Positions 39,478 through 54,499 of a stretch of DNA of 64,000 bases are shown piece after piece. A model generated the notes under the pieces. That model made no database searches. It worked only from the letters and a program-made list of their open reading frames with translations, and was not told the DNA's origin. Both the position numbers and the translations under genes were made by a program. The stretch lies in NCBI RefSeq assembly GCF_009914755.1, contig NC_060925.1; one strand, given 5' to 3'. Position 1 is the stretch's first letter; every line of letters starts with the position of its first letter. Origin of the DNA: the human T2T-CHM13v2.0 reference genome, Homo sapiens.

Positions 39478-40072
39478 TGTATGCAACCAAATGCAGGTCC
39501 AGATGCTCACCAGTTGCAGAGTCTAATTAACAACAGTGAGACATGGTAGAATGAAAGTGATTTTATTAACCGAAACTAGTAAAGAAGTGGCCAGATTCCC
39601 ATCCAAAGCAACCACTTGAATTTTGGGGAAGAAGACAGGAGTTTAAAAGGCAAAAACTTGATAAGGACAACTTGCAAGAATTGCGCTGAGTTGTCTATGT
39701 GTCTTGTTTTGGTGGCTCTCTTGAGTCCCAGTCCACCTCGATCATGGGCCAGCATAATCTCACCAATGGCCAGGTTGTTAATCAGCCACCTTGAAGTGAT
39801 CTCTGGAATTTTGCAGCTGGGACTCCAGGCTTGGTTTGTCTGTCTCAAGATTAGTCCCTAGAACTTTTAAAAAGGCAAATAAGTAGATACTAGTGTGCGG
39901 TTAGATAAATGTGAAGGGAATATATATGGTGAGAAATAAAGAGACATGGAGTCTATTTTAAGGCTAAGAAAAAAGGCTTCTGAGGTTTGCTTCAAGGTTA
40001 TATCTTGAAACCTAGTGGAAAGAAAAAAAGAAAGTTTTAAAATGAATTTTGAAGTTAAGCTGCCCAGTTACA
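39478..40072 (-). mobile_element. ERV1-class solo LTR (LTR48/MER66-like)
   Basis: TG...CA termini; the reverse complement starts 'tgtaactgggcagcttaacttcaaaa'; minus-strand AATAAA near 39562-39567. Confidence 0.65.
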
Positions 40073-40367
40073 TGTATACAATTAAAGATTATGACAATTT
40101 TTAAACAAAAAAACAAATTTCTGGATAAAATATGTAATAAATGAATATTGTTTAAAGCCTTTTTATTGTGGTAATTTGTTTTTATATAAAGCATAGGTGT
40201 ACATATATCTATATATAAGAATATATGATAAATATGCTTTATATTTCTGTACTAAATGATAAAGAAAATTCATAAAATATATTCTTAGTAAGGCATCACA
40301 TTCTGGTCCCATTTCAGCCTGAATGATTTCATTATTTCTTTTAAGACAGATCTGATAGCACCAATTT

Positions 40368-40412
40368 TCCTCTCTCTCTCCATCTCTCTCTCTCTCTGTC
40401 TCTTTCTCTCTC
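40368..40412 (+). repeat. (CT)n microsatellite
   Basis: Read directly. Confidence 0.85.
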
Positions 40413-42199
40413 CCAAATAGGAAAAATCTTCATTCATCTTGTCTTTTGAAGGATACTATTGGTACTTATAGAATGTATGTCTTCTGTGTTTAGCTAATGT
40501 CTAAAATGAATTCTTTTATTAACTTCTTTAAAAGAGTGTGAATAGTTCTATTTTCTGAATATTCAATTATTACTTCCTCAGAGCGTTAGAATTGCAATGT
40601 ACTTCATTTTTACTCTGGCCAAGGTTCCATTGCCTCTTCAATCAATGTCTTGGACATCACCGTCTCCATCTTAAGTATTGTCTTTTTTCCACCTCATAGA
40701 AAATTCCCAGGCATTTTTTACCCATAATTGCTTTCTTAGAAACAGTCTTGGGTTGCATAGTGCCTTACTGCCACTAGTTGATTCATACAGATGCTGTTTC
40801 TTTTGATGACTCAGGTATCAGTTCACTGAATCCCTCAAACTGCAGAATCATGTTATATTCTCGAGATGGTTTCATTAAAGTCCTATCTGTTTTAAGTGAA
40901 AATTGCATCAGAAAATATAAATTTGACTGACACATTCTCTGATGTTTCCCAGGTTCATTTTCTGCCATTCATTAAAAACATGTGTTTCACATATGCTCTG
41001 TAGAATGCCGTGTCATCTAAATATAAAATTAAGACACAGCCATGATCTGACATCACCCCTGACCTTGTCAATTTATGCTTATTTTGTGTTTTGTGTCTAT
41101 TATAATAAATGTGACATAAAAGTCTAGCATTAAAAAAATTCTCTTTGTACGTTTATGGAGCTATATGGTAAAATAGTGGTAGTTTTTATTTCAAAATATG
41201 TATTTTTTCCCTATCTACTTGGCCAAGTTATTATTGTAATAATGACATAATTTATGCAAATCTTAGCTGACAAATTTAAGATGTTAGAGCATCCTTATTT
41301 TCTGGCACATCTATTATTAATGCTCAAGGTAATTTTGTAGTAGAAAGATAGTTAATCTGTTTTTTTGAAAGTAACTATGAGGAACGTACTGTATTTGGAA
41401 GTTTCTGTTCTAAATTCTTTTTAAAGTTTATGCTTTTCTTTTCGTTTACAAATTAGATATAAAAATAGAACTATTTTTCTAATTTCTGAATAACTTAACT
41501 TATAAACAATTTATAAACATTTAAAATAAGGATCATAGAGGCAAGGTTGTATCTGGCATCATTGCTAACTAATTATGGCACAAATTGATTTGAAAATGAG
41601 ATTCAAACTAAAATTAGAATTTGTCATGGTAGCCTTCATTTCTGCAGAGTTTTAGCCAGCAATTCCCTTATTTAACAAAATAGACTTGGTCAGGCTCTGT
41701 GAATGATGAAAGAAGGATGAAGAGGAAAATCAGTACAGGAGGGAGGGGAAGAGGAGGAATGTGATAAAGAGGAGAAAGAGAAGAATGTGGTCTTTTACTA
41801 ATGAGCTTAAAATCTGACATATATGAAACAGAATGGGAGCTACATAATAAATAGAAATCAGCTACAATTTTTCAATGTTATTAAGTAAAATTTCTCTTTT
41901 CATTGACTTCTAAATTAGTCAATTCACTTAAATAACCACTAATTAATTATTACTGGTGATTCATTTGTGATTTGATTTACTGGAGTGCTATTTTATTTCA
42001 GATGTTTTGTCAATTGTTTTAACAATGACTGATTTTACATTTGCAGGCAATATAACAGATAATTAAAACGCAAATAATTTAAACTACCAACTCTTAACAA
42101 TAGCAATGCAATAAAATAGTACATTTGGGGACAATGATCCAAATAAAGTGCTAAATTTGCCTTTAATTGATATTTGCAAACTTAAATGGGTATTAGTGT

Positions 42200-43074
42200 T
42201 GTAAACCAAAAATAAAATTCTAAGGCTCCCATTTGACTGAATGGAACCCTCTTGGCCAATGGCATCCCAAAGAAATCTGAAAAACTAGTTCAGGCCATGA
42301 CATGGAGATCAGACATGCCTTATAACAATCTCTTCCCTTTGGAATTGAGGCACAACTGACCAGCAAAACATTAAACTAAATATTTTTAAACTGAAAAAAC
42401 AGACTGTTTGTAGCAGTAAAATGCCGAACTCCAACCTGACTCTGGTATACCATCACAACACAGATAGCAGGCCTCAAGAAAATCAAAGCATTTTATCTCA
42501 AAATATATTTTCTTTAACATACTTGGAAATGGCCCTGCAAAGCTGTCCCCTCTGTGGGGAATTTACATTCTGCAGAGAATCTCCATTTCTTTCTATGTTG
42601 TTTTTTTCTTTTTTTTTTCCCAATCTAGGAAAGATTTAAGAGTCTTGACACCTTTTAAGATCTGATAAAATACATTTATCATCTATTCTGTCTGAAGCCA
42701 GCTACCAGCAGGCTTCATCTATAGAACAAGAACCTTGGCTTCCACAATCACCCTTAAGCGAAGCATTTCTTTATGTTGACTTCAAGTCTTCAAGTAAAGT
42801 TTAACTCTTTCAAGCACTTGCTAATCAGGAGATCTTTAAATCCACCTGTGACCTGGAAGTACCCCTGCTTCAAGGTGTCACACTTATCTGGGCTGAATCA
42901 ATGTGTTCCTTATATGTATTGATTTAAATATTTGCCTTTAACTTCTGCTCCTTAAAATGTATAAAACCAAGCTGTAACTCAACTCTTGCGGCTGTGTCAC
43001 AGGGCTTGGTAACTCATATATGGCTCAGAATAAACCTCTTGAAATATTGTACAGTTTGGCTTTTTTCATGAACA
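42200..43074 (+). mobile_element. MER4 group (MER4D/E-like) ERV1 solo LTR
   Basis: Start 'tgtaaaccaaaaataaaattctaagg'; 'ctgaaaaactagttcaggccatga'; end 'tggctcagaataaacctctt...tcatgaaca'; 4 bp TSD gtgt/atgt. Confidence 0.85.
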
Positions 43075-44179
43075 ATGTTTAAGATTTAAACATATACCTG
43101 CATTTGCAAAATAATTACCCATAGATCAGAATCAGCAACAAAGATTGAAGCAAGAGTTCTGAGAAAACTATTATGCCATGTCCTTTTATTCAAAGGAGTG
43201 AATTCAGTATTTCACCTTTTTGTCATATTTATCAAAAAAAGACAATTGGTCAATTAAAAAATGTATGTGAGACTGTTTTTTAAATTCTATACACACCCAT
43301 ACAATATCTGTACTGACTTTTTCTCTGTGGCTCTGCTTGGAATCCTAAGACCACCACTGGAATATGGTTAAAGTTAAATAAGGACCTTGCTGGGGAAATT
43401 GGAGAGATACAGCCAGCAACCAGCCAACCATCAGATGCAAAGTGAGGCCCATGCTGTATCATCCAACCACCAGCTGGTCTTCCAGATTTTCATAGACAAG
43501 TGAGAAAGCCTATTAAAAATCAATGAAGGTATTCAAGAACGGAATATATTCACATAGGAAAAAAATCAAACAATTATGTAGAAAATGTGTCCAATACATT
43601 GCAAATTATATTAAATAGGAAAATCACAGATAAGCATATCAAATAAATAAGAAAATATGCATACACTCACTAGTAAATTGACTTCAAATTGCTACTGATA
43701 CATAGTGGTGTTTTCTTTTTATCTTTACTAGGGTTAAATTAAAAACATGTGATATCACAAATGTTTCTTTGGATGGGAAAGTGAACACACACGAAACTGA
43801 TAGAAATGCAAATGAATCTTTTTGGATAGCATTCTACCAAAATGAACTGAAAATTTACTTATACTGCAAGGGTGTGCATTGGAAGAAAAATTATTAGTTT
43901 GTGCTTTGTCAGACTTTGTGACACCCTATTTATTTTTTCCAATAAGTTTTATATTCCCTTTAATTATGAAAACTCAGCATATAAAAGAATTTTAATTTTC
44001 TAAAGAAATGCTTATAGATGAAGGTCTAAGTCTGTGACAACGGTCATTCATTGTACTGATTTTTGGAATTTTATTATAATTAATTTTTTATTTATAAGTA
44101 GTTTATTCACTGATGTAGCCATTCATTTTACTTTCAGCTAAGTTTTTAAGAATATAGTTGTACAATACAAAGTAAAGTA

Positions 44180-44640
44180 TAATATATGCTTTCTACCTCT
44201 ACAAAATCAATAGGATAGTAGAAGGGAGAGAAAACAAACATTAGTGGACAAATGCTCTTTTATGGAAAATATAATATGATATGGAGACACATATGAGTAT
44301 CATATAAATTAGCTTGGGAGGGTTCCCTAGGGATAGGGAACATTTCCTAAGAAAACCATCTCTAAATAAGTCCAGAAATTGACAACATTGGTAGAAAGAA
44401 AGAGGTTCAGAAAGAGGAGAAAATAGAAACTATTTCAAGCAAAAAGGGAAGCATTTCAATGATATGGATGTGTGAGAGAGACATAATGTATTCAAAAGTG
44501 TATAAAGTGTCAGGATGAGTGCAGAGGTCTAACATGAGACGAGCGGAATCTAGATGAACGAAAGACTTTGTAAGTTATGTGAAGCAGTTTAGACTGAATT
44601 CTAAGGGTACTTAAATACTGGGTTTGTGTAATAGGTAATT
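44180..44640 (-). mobile_element. L2 fragment, diverged
   Basis: Purine-rich L2-like motifs such as 'ctttgtaagttatgtgaagcagtttagactgaattctaaggg'. Confidence 0.45.
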
Positions 44641-46269
44641 CTAATTGAAACGTATTTAGGGATAGAAGGTTGGAAGTTTTATTGAAAATATAGATAGTAT
44701 GCAAAGAATAGCCATTATGGAAGTAAAGAGACATCAAAAGCCACTTGAAGTGTGGTTATTGGCACCAAGATGTTATATATTTCTTAACAGAACCACTGCA
44801 AGTAATATGTAGAGCATTTCTAGATGCTTTTCATTTAATTGATACTGTCACATTATTGTATGTCAGTAGAATCATTTTAATGAATTCTTAATTTCCATTT
44901 TAAATATTTTAAATATGTTATTTTGAAAAGTATTTTGACATTATTTTTTCTTTATATATTATGTATTTTATTTACATTGGGTTAAATATTAATTTTGGAG
45001 TGTTTATAACAATATTTTCTCCTGTAGTTTGACAATTCGGGTACACAATGGGAGTTAAAATTGCCATTTGTCCTAAGCCTTATACACTGAAACTACTATA
45101 TGATAGTATTCAACATATTTGTTCCTAGATTGTTTTTTCTAAATATGAAATCAGAGAATGGTTATAGAAGACTCAAAATATCCAAAACTAAAATTTTAAA
45201 TAAAAAAGGACAGTAGAAAATAAATCTGGGGAATTTCCATTATATGAAGAAAGGTTTGAAAATGAAATGAACGCAGGGAAAACAGAGAAAAAAATTGAGA
45301 GATACAGAAACAGCAAGACAAGTGAAGAGATTTAGAGCCATCCCACTTAATTTGAGCCGCTTGGTTAAGCTACATATCAAGCAGATACTGCTCATTTTCA
45401 TCATGGTAATGTAAACCAAAGCTGCCTTTCATTCTGAAGTAATTTGCATGACACTACATTCATCACCAGTTCAATGTGTATGAATGAAATCCTTCTACAT
45501 GCATATATTCTAACATTCTTCTTATATAGTTTATCTTAACTTATTCAGACTATTATATGCATATTTCTTGAGCTTCTCTTATAATTAGTAATTGTAAGCT
45601 GAACAATTTTATTATTTTAACAAATTTCAAAAAAACCAATTGCATATTTATTTAAATTATTTTTTAACTTAAGAGATAGTTAAATATATAAGGCTCATTC
45701 AGAAGGGAAAATCAGAAATAAATTATTTTAGTGTGTAAAAAAGGTAAATCATTATTAAAACTTTTCCTTAGTAATGTGAACTTGATGCAGTTGTTATGCA
45801 ACAGGGCCCCCTTTTCAAGTGCAATAAGAGGACAAAGTATTATCTATTGTGATTAACACATTTTACCAGAGAACCAAATCATTAGGATCACTTAAGAAAA
45901 AACATCAGTGAGATATGGCAGGCAGGATGTTGACAAATAATGTTAATATTTCTCACATGCTGTTATTAACTAAAAGTAGAAAGTGATTTCAACTTGAAAA
46001 ATTTTATTGAAAATAACCTTAAGCTATAATATAGACATACATTCTTAATATTAGTACGTTGATAACTGATACAAATTACTTAAAAGATAGAAGTAAAATT
46101 ATCACATCTGGATTTTAAATCAATTTTCTAAAATTAAAATACATGCAAAAATATTGTGCTAAATATTGTAATGGAATTCTTCATATGTGTAAAATTTTAA
46201 AAAAAGTAGACTAAATGTTGATACCCTTAGATATCTTTGTCTGATAGTATTTTAGAGTCAAATTTTCTT

Positions 46270-46720
46270 TACTTCAATAAAATTAGCATTTAGTACCTAC
46301 TATATATGAGACTTTAGATTAGGCACTCAGGATAGAAAATGCTTACAGAAATTCCCTTAGCTTCTAGGAATTTACATAAAATTAGCAGGTGCAGTACATG
46401 TATTTTGAAAGATGATTTTTATAAGCCCATCAATAATAAAGGTAAAAGAAGGGCTCTTCATATGGAGAGATCAGTATGAGACAAGAAAGAAAGTTTTATT
46501 TTGGAACCAAAAGCATTGAATACAGATGTCACTAAAAATGTGAGGTGAGATGTGACTGGAGAAGAGGCCGCAGAGTTAGCTGAAGAGTGAGCCAAGAAGG
46601 CTCCTTTATTTTCACTAAGGGTTTTGAGGTTTATTCCACAAACAATGAATTTTTACAGAATAGTTACATTGTCCTTCTAAACGACAGTATGGAGGATGAC
46701 TTGAGCAGTGTGTGCAACCC
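46270..46720 (-). mobile_element. L2 3' fragment, diverged
   Basis: 'catttagtacctactatat...taggcactcaggatagaaaatg...cccttagcttctaggaatttaca'. Confidence 0.5.
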
Positions 46721-47654
46721 TGGCTGAAAATGTGTATCTGGTGGACGCTGTCAAAGATGGTTCCTGGTTTTAATCCTCAAAGTGAGCTCAGTTTATAGTG
46801 TAGGGATGTGCCACATGTTTGATAAATTCTAGAGTTACAATTTGTTGAAATCTAACAGATGACCCTATGCCTGAAGGCATCACTCTATAGCTTAGATAGT
46901 GCACTTGGCCTAAAATAATTGTATAGCATGTAAGGAGGAAGAACAAAATGCACATGTACACAATTCTGAATGAGCCTTCAACCCATCCATGGTGCATGAT
47001 CCTCCTTTGCAGGCTCAGCAAACTTCTGTCTTTCTAGTGGTTTTCTACAGTGTTTATGTTAGGCTCTGAGATTCCTGTACTTTTCTCTCACTTCTTGATA
47101 TATTTAGTGGATTCAAAAGACAAAGTTAGCATCCCACATTAGTTTACTATTTTACCAGAACTTTACTTTTTACATGAAGATTATTTAATAATTCTAAAAA
47201 ACAGATTTTAGGGTCTTCTGTTGTTGATATTTAGTTTTACTTCAGTGTAAGCAGAGAGTATAGCCTATGGATATGTTTATTTATTTGTATATTTTCCAAC
47301 TTTCAAAGTCTATTGATATTTTCTCAGGAAAATGAAGTTAAATTTGCAAATGTCAGTAAATGTGATGTGGATATAAAATAATTTGTTTAAGTACAGTATT
47401 TCATGCATTTCTATGTGAATATATTATTTCTTACTTTCATAGATTTTGGGTTTTAGAAATTCATTCCTGTTAGTTTTGCTATTCAGTTATTCTATACTTC
47501 ACTTGTATTAGCTTGTCTTTTTTTTAAAAAAAAGTTTCAATGTATATAGACTTAAAAAGAAATCAGATCTATTCTTCATTGTTTTTCTTTACAATCTGAT
47601 AGCATGACTTAAAATATTTAAATAAATTATAAAGCAGAAACAAAAAACATATAT

Positions 47655-47975
47655 CTCCATGAGATCCAGACTGGGAAGTAAAGGGAAGGAGGAAGAGATG
47701 TAAAGAGATCAGTTAATGGATAGAAAAATACAGTTGGATGGAAGGAATACGTTCTAGTGTTTGATAGCACAGCAGGGTAATGAAATTAAGAGGGATTGAT
47801 AGGATATTTCAAAATAACTAGAAGAGAAGATTTGAAATGTCTCAACATATGTTTGTAATGATGGGTAACCCAGTCACCCTAATTTGATCGTTACACATTG
47901 CATTCATTTATAAAAATATAACCTGTACCCCACAAATATGTACAACTATTATATATCAATAAAATAAAATATAAG
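47655..47975 (+). mobile_element. L1MA 3'UTR fragment
   Basis: 'atacagttggatggaaggaatacgttctagtgtttgatagcac', 'tatttcaaaataactagaagagaagatttgaaatgt', 'tgtaccccacaaatatgtacaactattat', A-rich tail. Confidence 0.85.
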
Positions 47976-48224
47976 AGTACAGAAAAAAAGATGCATAATT
48001 TTCACAAATAGTATAGGTTTCTCTACCGTGTCATTGGAAAATATTGTATGGATGTAGAGTGTTCCCTTTGCCAGCACATATACTAAAATTTGATGTAAAA
48101 TATTTGAGTCGGATCTAATGAATGAGTAGTAATTAAGTAGGAAAAGATGTTACATAGGCCTCCTAGGCAGAATAAATGAGGACTAGAGAAGAAAGGAGAA
48201 AATTGGAAGATACATGGTGTCGTT

Positions 48225-48709
48225 ATCATGTTTGGTGACATTATTAACAGAAATTGAAACCAAACTGGCTTATACAATAAGGAAAGCCATTAATTCTTAC
48301 ATACCAAAGTTAATTGCTATGGTGGGTTTCAGTGGCAATTAATTTAGTGTCTTTTTTTTTTTTACAAATTCATATTTTCTCTCTATGTTAAAGACAGTTC
48401 TTCTCATAGACATGAGAAGCAAAGGGAACTCTTTGGAGGACAGAAAAGTAATTTTGCTTCTTAGTTGTCTCTCATAAGCATGAGGGAAACCTTTCTGATG
48501 AGATTTCCAGTAAACCTGTCCTTGAAATCATCAGCACAGGTTGAGTCATGTGGGCATTCTTAAACAAATCATGGCATTGCTGGTTTTCATGGTCATTGGA
48601 ACAATAAATCCTTGCTTTTGATGTAAGGTCAGTTCTTCAAATCACAACTTGCTTTGCCCAGTGGTATAAAGTGAATGGACTTAGGAAAGGTAACCACAGT
48701 GCCCAACAT
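48225..48709 (-). mobile_element. Old MLT1 (J/K-like) LTR remnant
   Basis: 'taacagaaattgaaaccaaactggctta', 'tgagtcatgtgggcattctaaacaaatca', end 'ggtaaccacagtgcccaaca'. Confidence 0.45.
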
Positions 48710-49102
48710 AGTGTATTCTGATAATTTTATGTAGGTGGTTTTGACTAGAGCAACATAAATATAAGTATATTATCTCACTGAATTGCCCTTTTAGATGTAG
48801 TAAGTAAGCTCCTGTTATTACATTTTCTATTCTTAATGATTTAATACATGTAACTTAAAAAAAGGGCCATTTAATTGGCAAAATGTCATCTTGTCATGCT
48901 TAAAAAAGACTCATAAAAATATTCAGTAAATTGATTTATCTAAAAAATGATATAATAAACTGAGTCTTAAAGGTCTGGAAGGTTTCATTGTGGTCCACTT
49001 CTTGGGAGTTCAATGATTGGTACTTCTGATTTCTGTTTGTTCACAGAATCACATGTACACATGTATGTTAACTGGTTGAAGAAGTTACTGTGCATTTTTT
49101 TT

Positions 49103-49270
49103 TGTTGTGGGGTGGGGGGAGGGGGGAGGGATAGCATTGGGAGATATACCTAATGTTAAATAAGGAGTTAATGGGTGCAGCACACCAACATGGCACATGT
49201 ATACATATGTAACTAACCTGCACGTTATGCACATGTACCCTAAAACTTAAAGTACAATAAAAAAAAAAAA
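49103..49270 (+). mobile_element. 5'-truncated young L1PA (L1PA3/4-like) 3' end
   Basis: 'ggggtggggggaggggggagggatagcattgggagatatacctaatg...ccctaaaacttaaagta' plus poly(A). Confidence 0.92.
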
Positions 49271-49554
49271 GACAGAGTCTTGCTCTGTCACCCAGGCTGC
49301 AGTGCAGTGGTGTGATCTTGGCTCACTGCAACCTCCACCTCCTGCGTTCAAGAAAAATTCTCCTGCCTCAGCCTCTCGAGTAGCTGGGATTACAGGCATG
49401 TGCCACCACGCCTGGCTAATTGTTTTCTATTTTTAGTAGAGATGGGGTTTTGCCATGTTGGCCAGAATGGTCTCCAACTCCTGGCCTCAAGTGATCTGCC
49501 CGCCTCAGTCTCCCAAAATGCTGGGATTACAGGCATAAGGCACCGCACCCCGCC
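49271..49554 (-). mobile_element. Alu (AluSx/Sz-like); its poly(T) at 49095-49103 is separated from the body by the L1PA fragment
   Basis: Alu dimer; outer TSD tgtgcattttt (49089-49099) / tgtgcactttt (49560-49570). Confidence 0.92.
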
Positions 49555-49799
49555 CTTTTTGTGCACTTTTTAAAGTTATAGCAGAAATAACTTGTCTCAA
49601 ATAATGATTAATACCATGGATAAACTCCACTAATTTTTATCTTAAATGTAGATTATATTTATAAAAAAGGACGTGTGAGGCCGTATTTTGCATGCCTGTA
49701 TTTATTATCAAACTGATTAGGCAATTACGTTCCTTAAATGGACATTGTCCAATCCCTGAAGACAATGTTGACTAATCTTTGCTGCCTGTAACCCTAAGT

Positions 49800-49945
49800 A
49801 ATAGCCATTTGGCTATTGAATACTTGCAATGTGATCGGCATAATTAAAAATCAGAATACTTAATTTTATTTAAATGTAAGTAATTTAAATATAGACAGCC
49901 ACAAGTACGTAGTTGCTGCTATATTAAGCCAGCACCGTCTTAGAC
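49800..49945. mobile_element. MER3/MER33-like hAT-Charlie fragment
   Basis: 'tggctattgaatacttgcaatgtg...ttaattttatttaaat...aatttaaat...agccacaagtacgtagttgctgctatatt'. Confidence 0.6.
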
Positions 49946-51162
49946 TGGCAAAGAGTTTGAACGCATGCCAAGTAAGGTACACTGAAGAACATCTAAATAC
50001 CAATATGTTGTAAATCATGCATATCATAATATTAATAATCTACTTATCATGGGAAGAAACTGTAGGAATAATATGAATGAGAAAGCATTATAGTATGCCT
50101 TTCACTTTGCACCACATTTTCTGAAAATATCATAAACCTAAAGTCAATAAATTATATGTTATGATAGTAATATATATCCAGAAACAATAATTGAAAGCAC
50201 GGTGCTTGCTACAAGTACAATAAAATGCCATCTGCGTCATTTTTAACAATACAGTTATTCCTTTTAAAATATATTCTCTTGCTCTTTGTACGCATTATGC
50301 ATTTCATGTCATTGAATTGACAGTTATTACACACATAAGAAGGCGTTAACCCGTATGACATCTCCTTATTTTAAATCCACTTGGTTAGTAACCTTAACTG
50401 CGTCTGCAAATTCTTTTACAGCAATATATAGATTAATGTTTTATTGAATAAGCATTGGAAGGGAATATTGAGAGGATACCTTTAGTTGCTAACAACGTGT
50501 AATATTTATTTTTAAGGGACAAGAAAGGGACTATTATGCAATAAGTACTTACCATGGAGTAGAGTTTATTGCTTTGTACTTTAGAAGAAAAACATCTAAT
50601 AATGTCTATATAAAAAGTGGTATTTATAAATATAGTACAGACAACTAATTAGTATGTCATATGACAGAATCCTTGACGTGAATGGAAAAAGTACTATTTT
50701 ATTCTCATTTGGATCTTCATTATTTTATTGCAGAGTAGAATTTAATAACCTGATTAATTATACATATAAAATTGATTCTGTTATTGATCTGTGATTTTGA
50801 GGATGAGTCTGAGTATGACAGTCTTCTAGGCTCCAGAAACAAATCATACACATCATTTTCTCTCTAGGCAAAGAAAAATGAACTTATGTGTACTTTTAAA
50901 TGGACATGTTTTATCCAATTCAGGAACACTGATTTGTTGGGGATGGCTTTAAACCTGCATTCCATTTATCAGTGGTTTAAGATATGCGACTAGTTTCCTG
51001 CTTTCCTCAAAGCATATCTAACTGTCCACATATGGCAAAATTGTCCTTCACCATATGGTCAAATTATGCATTCTTCCAGATTTAAATAAATGACATCTAA
51101 CAAACCATTAGCTTATCTGTGTGCATGTCCACGAAATTTAGATTGTGATTTTTAAAAATGGC

Positions 51163-51290
51163 ACATGGTTAACTATAGTTAATAATACCATGTTGTATAT
51201 TTGAAATTTACTAAGATGGTAGATTTTAAGTGTTCTCATCACATACATACGCGAAAATGGTAACTAGTTATATGATGAAGGTGTTAAAAA
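51163..51290 (+). mobile_element. L1MA9/10-like 3'UTR fragment
   Basis: 'actatagttaataataccatgttgtatatttgaaatttactaagatggtagattttaagtgttctcatcaca...aaaatggtaacta'. Confidence 0.7.
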
Positions 51291-51525
51291 ATGGCACAGT
51301 GAGTTTTTAGACTCTTGAATCTTTAAGAATGAGTAACCAGTTATGTGCAAAAATTGTAAAGTATGCACACATAATTTACATACATGAGATTGTACTTTCA
51401 TGGCTTCTTGCTGTTTTCAATTTTCTATGAGGTACTTGGGTAGAAACCAAGAAAAAGATAACTATTAGATTTAACATGGACTAAAAAATACTTTATTGTA
51501 ACGCACATTAAGAAACATCAAATTC

Positions 51526-51826
51526 AGCTGGCCACAGTGGCTCATGCCTGTAATCCCAGCACTTTGGCAGGCTGAGGCAGGTAGATCACTTGGGATCGGG
51601 AAACAGAAACCAGCCTGGCCAACGCGGTGAAACCCTGTCTCTACTAAAAATACAAAAATTAGCCAGGCGTGATGGGACGTGCCTGTAACCCCAGCTACGT
51701 GGGAGACTAAGGTTGGAGAATCACTTGAACCCAGTGGGCAGCGGTTGCAGTGAGCGGAGATCTCACCACTGCACTCCTGACTGGGCAACAGAGCGAGACT
51801 CCGTCTCAAAAAAAAAAAAAAGAAAA
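51526..51826 (+). mobile_element. Alu (AluS-like)
   Basis: Full dimer; TSD aagaaacatcaaattc (51510-51525) / aagaaacattaatttc (51827-51842). Confidence 0.95.
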
Positions 51827-51878
51827 AAGAAACATTAATTTCTAGATAATATGAATATTACTTGAGTTGGTTTGATAA

Positions 51879-52186
<308 letters not shown>

Positions 52187-52285
52187 GAAAAGTGATTTTA
52201 CACAGTAGACTTCACTGTTAATTTTGTATTTTTTTTCTACTAACGAAATTGAAATACTGAGTGTTTAACTCCAAGGGAATCATAA

Positions 52286-52693
<408 letters not shown>

Positions 52694-54499
52694 TAATTTT
52701 TTATAAGTATTATAAAATCAAATCTGTGTAATATGGAATTAAGAACACTATTTTAACAATGATTCTGAAATTAGTATCAATTAGATACATTCTATAAGAA
52801 TCTTTGAATTTATAAAGGGTATTGGAGAAATAGCCTTTATAAAGAAGAAGAAAATGTAAAGCAGACTAGTGGGTTTTATTTCCCAACCTAGTATTCTCAT
52901 TTCTTAAATTTTTATTAATGTAGGCTATATAATATTGTTTATGATCAGTGAAGATTGTACATTCTGAGTGCTAAAATTTTCAAAGTCCTCTAAGCATGCC
53001 TCACAGATATTTAGTAATAAATTGATCTTCTCACTTATTCTTGATCCCATGTAAAATTTTTATTGATGAGAGTAATTTTTTTAGGTATTCTACTTTTGAT
53101 TACCTCATAGTAATGAAAGAACAAAAATCAATGGGACATAGCAAATGCCACAATTTGTTGCTAACATAGAAGTCTTAATGATAAGTGGACAATATCCTTA
53201 TCCTCTTAGTGCCAGATAAGAAAGGAACATTTTCTTGAAGTGAGAGCAAAGAAAAATGAGGAAAACATTGAAATAGTCTTTAAATATCACTAACAGAAAT
53301 TATATGTCACCTGTGAGACATCAAGAGTTTGAAAGACATCAGTAGGTCAAAATATATAATGAAGAATGAGTGAGAACTCAAAGCAAAGGTATTTTCAAAA
53401 CTTAATTTAATCATTACGTTGTTTCTTTGATTATATCTCTTTTGGCTGATAGATTTTGGAAAATTAAGCTTGTTTTAGATTGCTTGCAATCTATTGATCA
53501 CTTCGATGTGATTTTAAATTAAAATTTGTATCCACAAAGTAGTCATTGGCTGATGATTGATATTTTACTTTCTTTGTTCTACCGAGTGTTTCTAAAGATT
53601 GAAAAAAGTTCCTTCATGTGGCTTCAAAGATTATGCCAGATTATCATTCAATTCATGTTCAAGTATATTAATATCAATTTTTGATTATTGAATACAATAG
53701 AGTTAGCAAAACAGAAAATACAGAAATGTAAATCAGAGAAAATAACCTGAAAAATTCTTCAAATTTTCATGCAAAGCTGCAATTCAATGACCAGATAGTG
53801 GTATTTCTAGAGACACATTACAGAATGAGTACTTGATATAGTAGATTCATGTGAATGAAAAAAGTAGTAGCAGGCATGCAGCAGTGAGAAGCCCTAGGCA
53901 ATGCTACCCTTTTGGAATAGAAATAAGGCTATAATTTTGAACCATTTTGAAGCTAGCTTCATCAACTGTGTAAAGGATAGAAGATCCTCAAGACGATGAT
54001 AACAGACTTGCTGCATCTGGTCATTAGTGGCAGAGTCCGTTGTAATTTAATTTAAATAATAAAAAATATGATTAGTGTTGGTCTGAGAGTCCTGCAGGAA
54101 GAGTTCATACAAGATACATATGTAAGAAATGATTGTGGTACATTATAGCCTAGAAACTGAAAATTACTCTATATCTTACAGGTATATTTGCTTTGTTTTC
54201 TCTTGAATAAGGTGTCTATATCATATAGTGAGTGGGTTGTAATGCTATCTGTACAATTTCTGACAATTATTTTACCTCTCTGAACCTTATTTTTCTGAAA
54301 GAAAATAGGGTTTGGAGCTGAATATATCAGAATTTCAAATGAAGGTGTTAACTTTACTTGTCTAATAGACTTACAGAAGTCCTGTAAAATCTCTAGGTAC
54401 AATTTCCCTCATCTGAAAAAAAAAAAATAGGACTATAGCATCTAGCTTCTGAGTATTTCAAATATGCAGATCATAGATATATATATTATATTTGAATCT

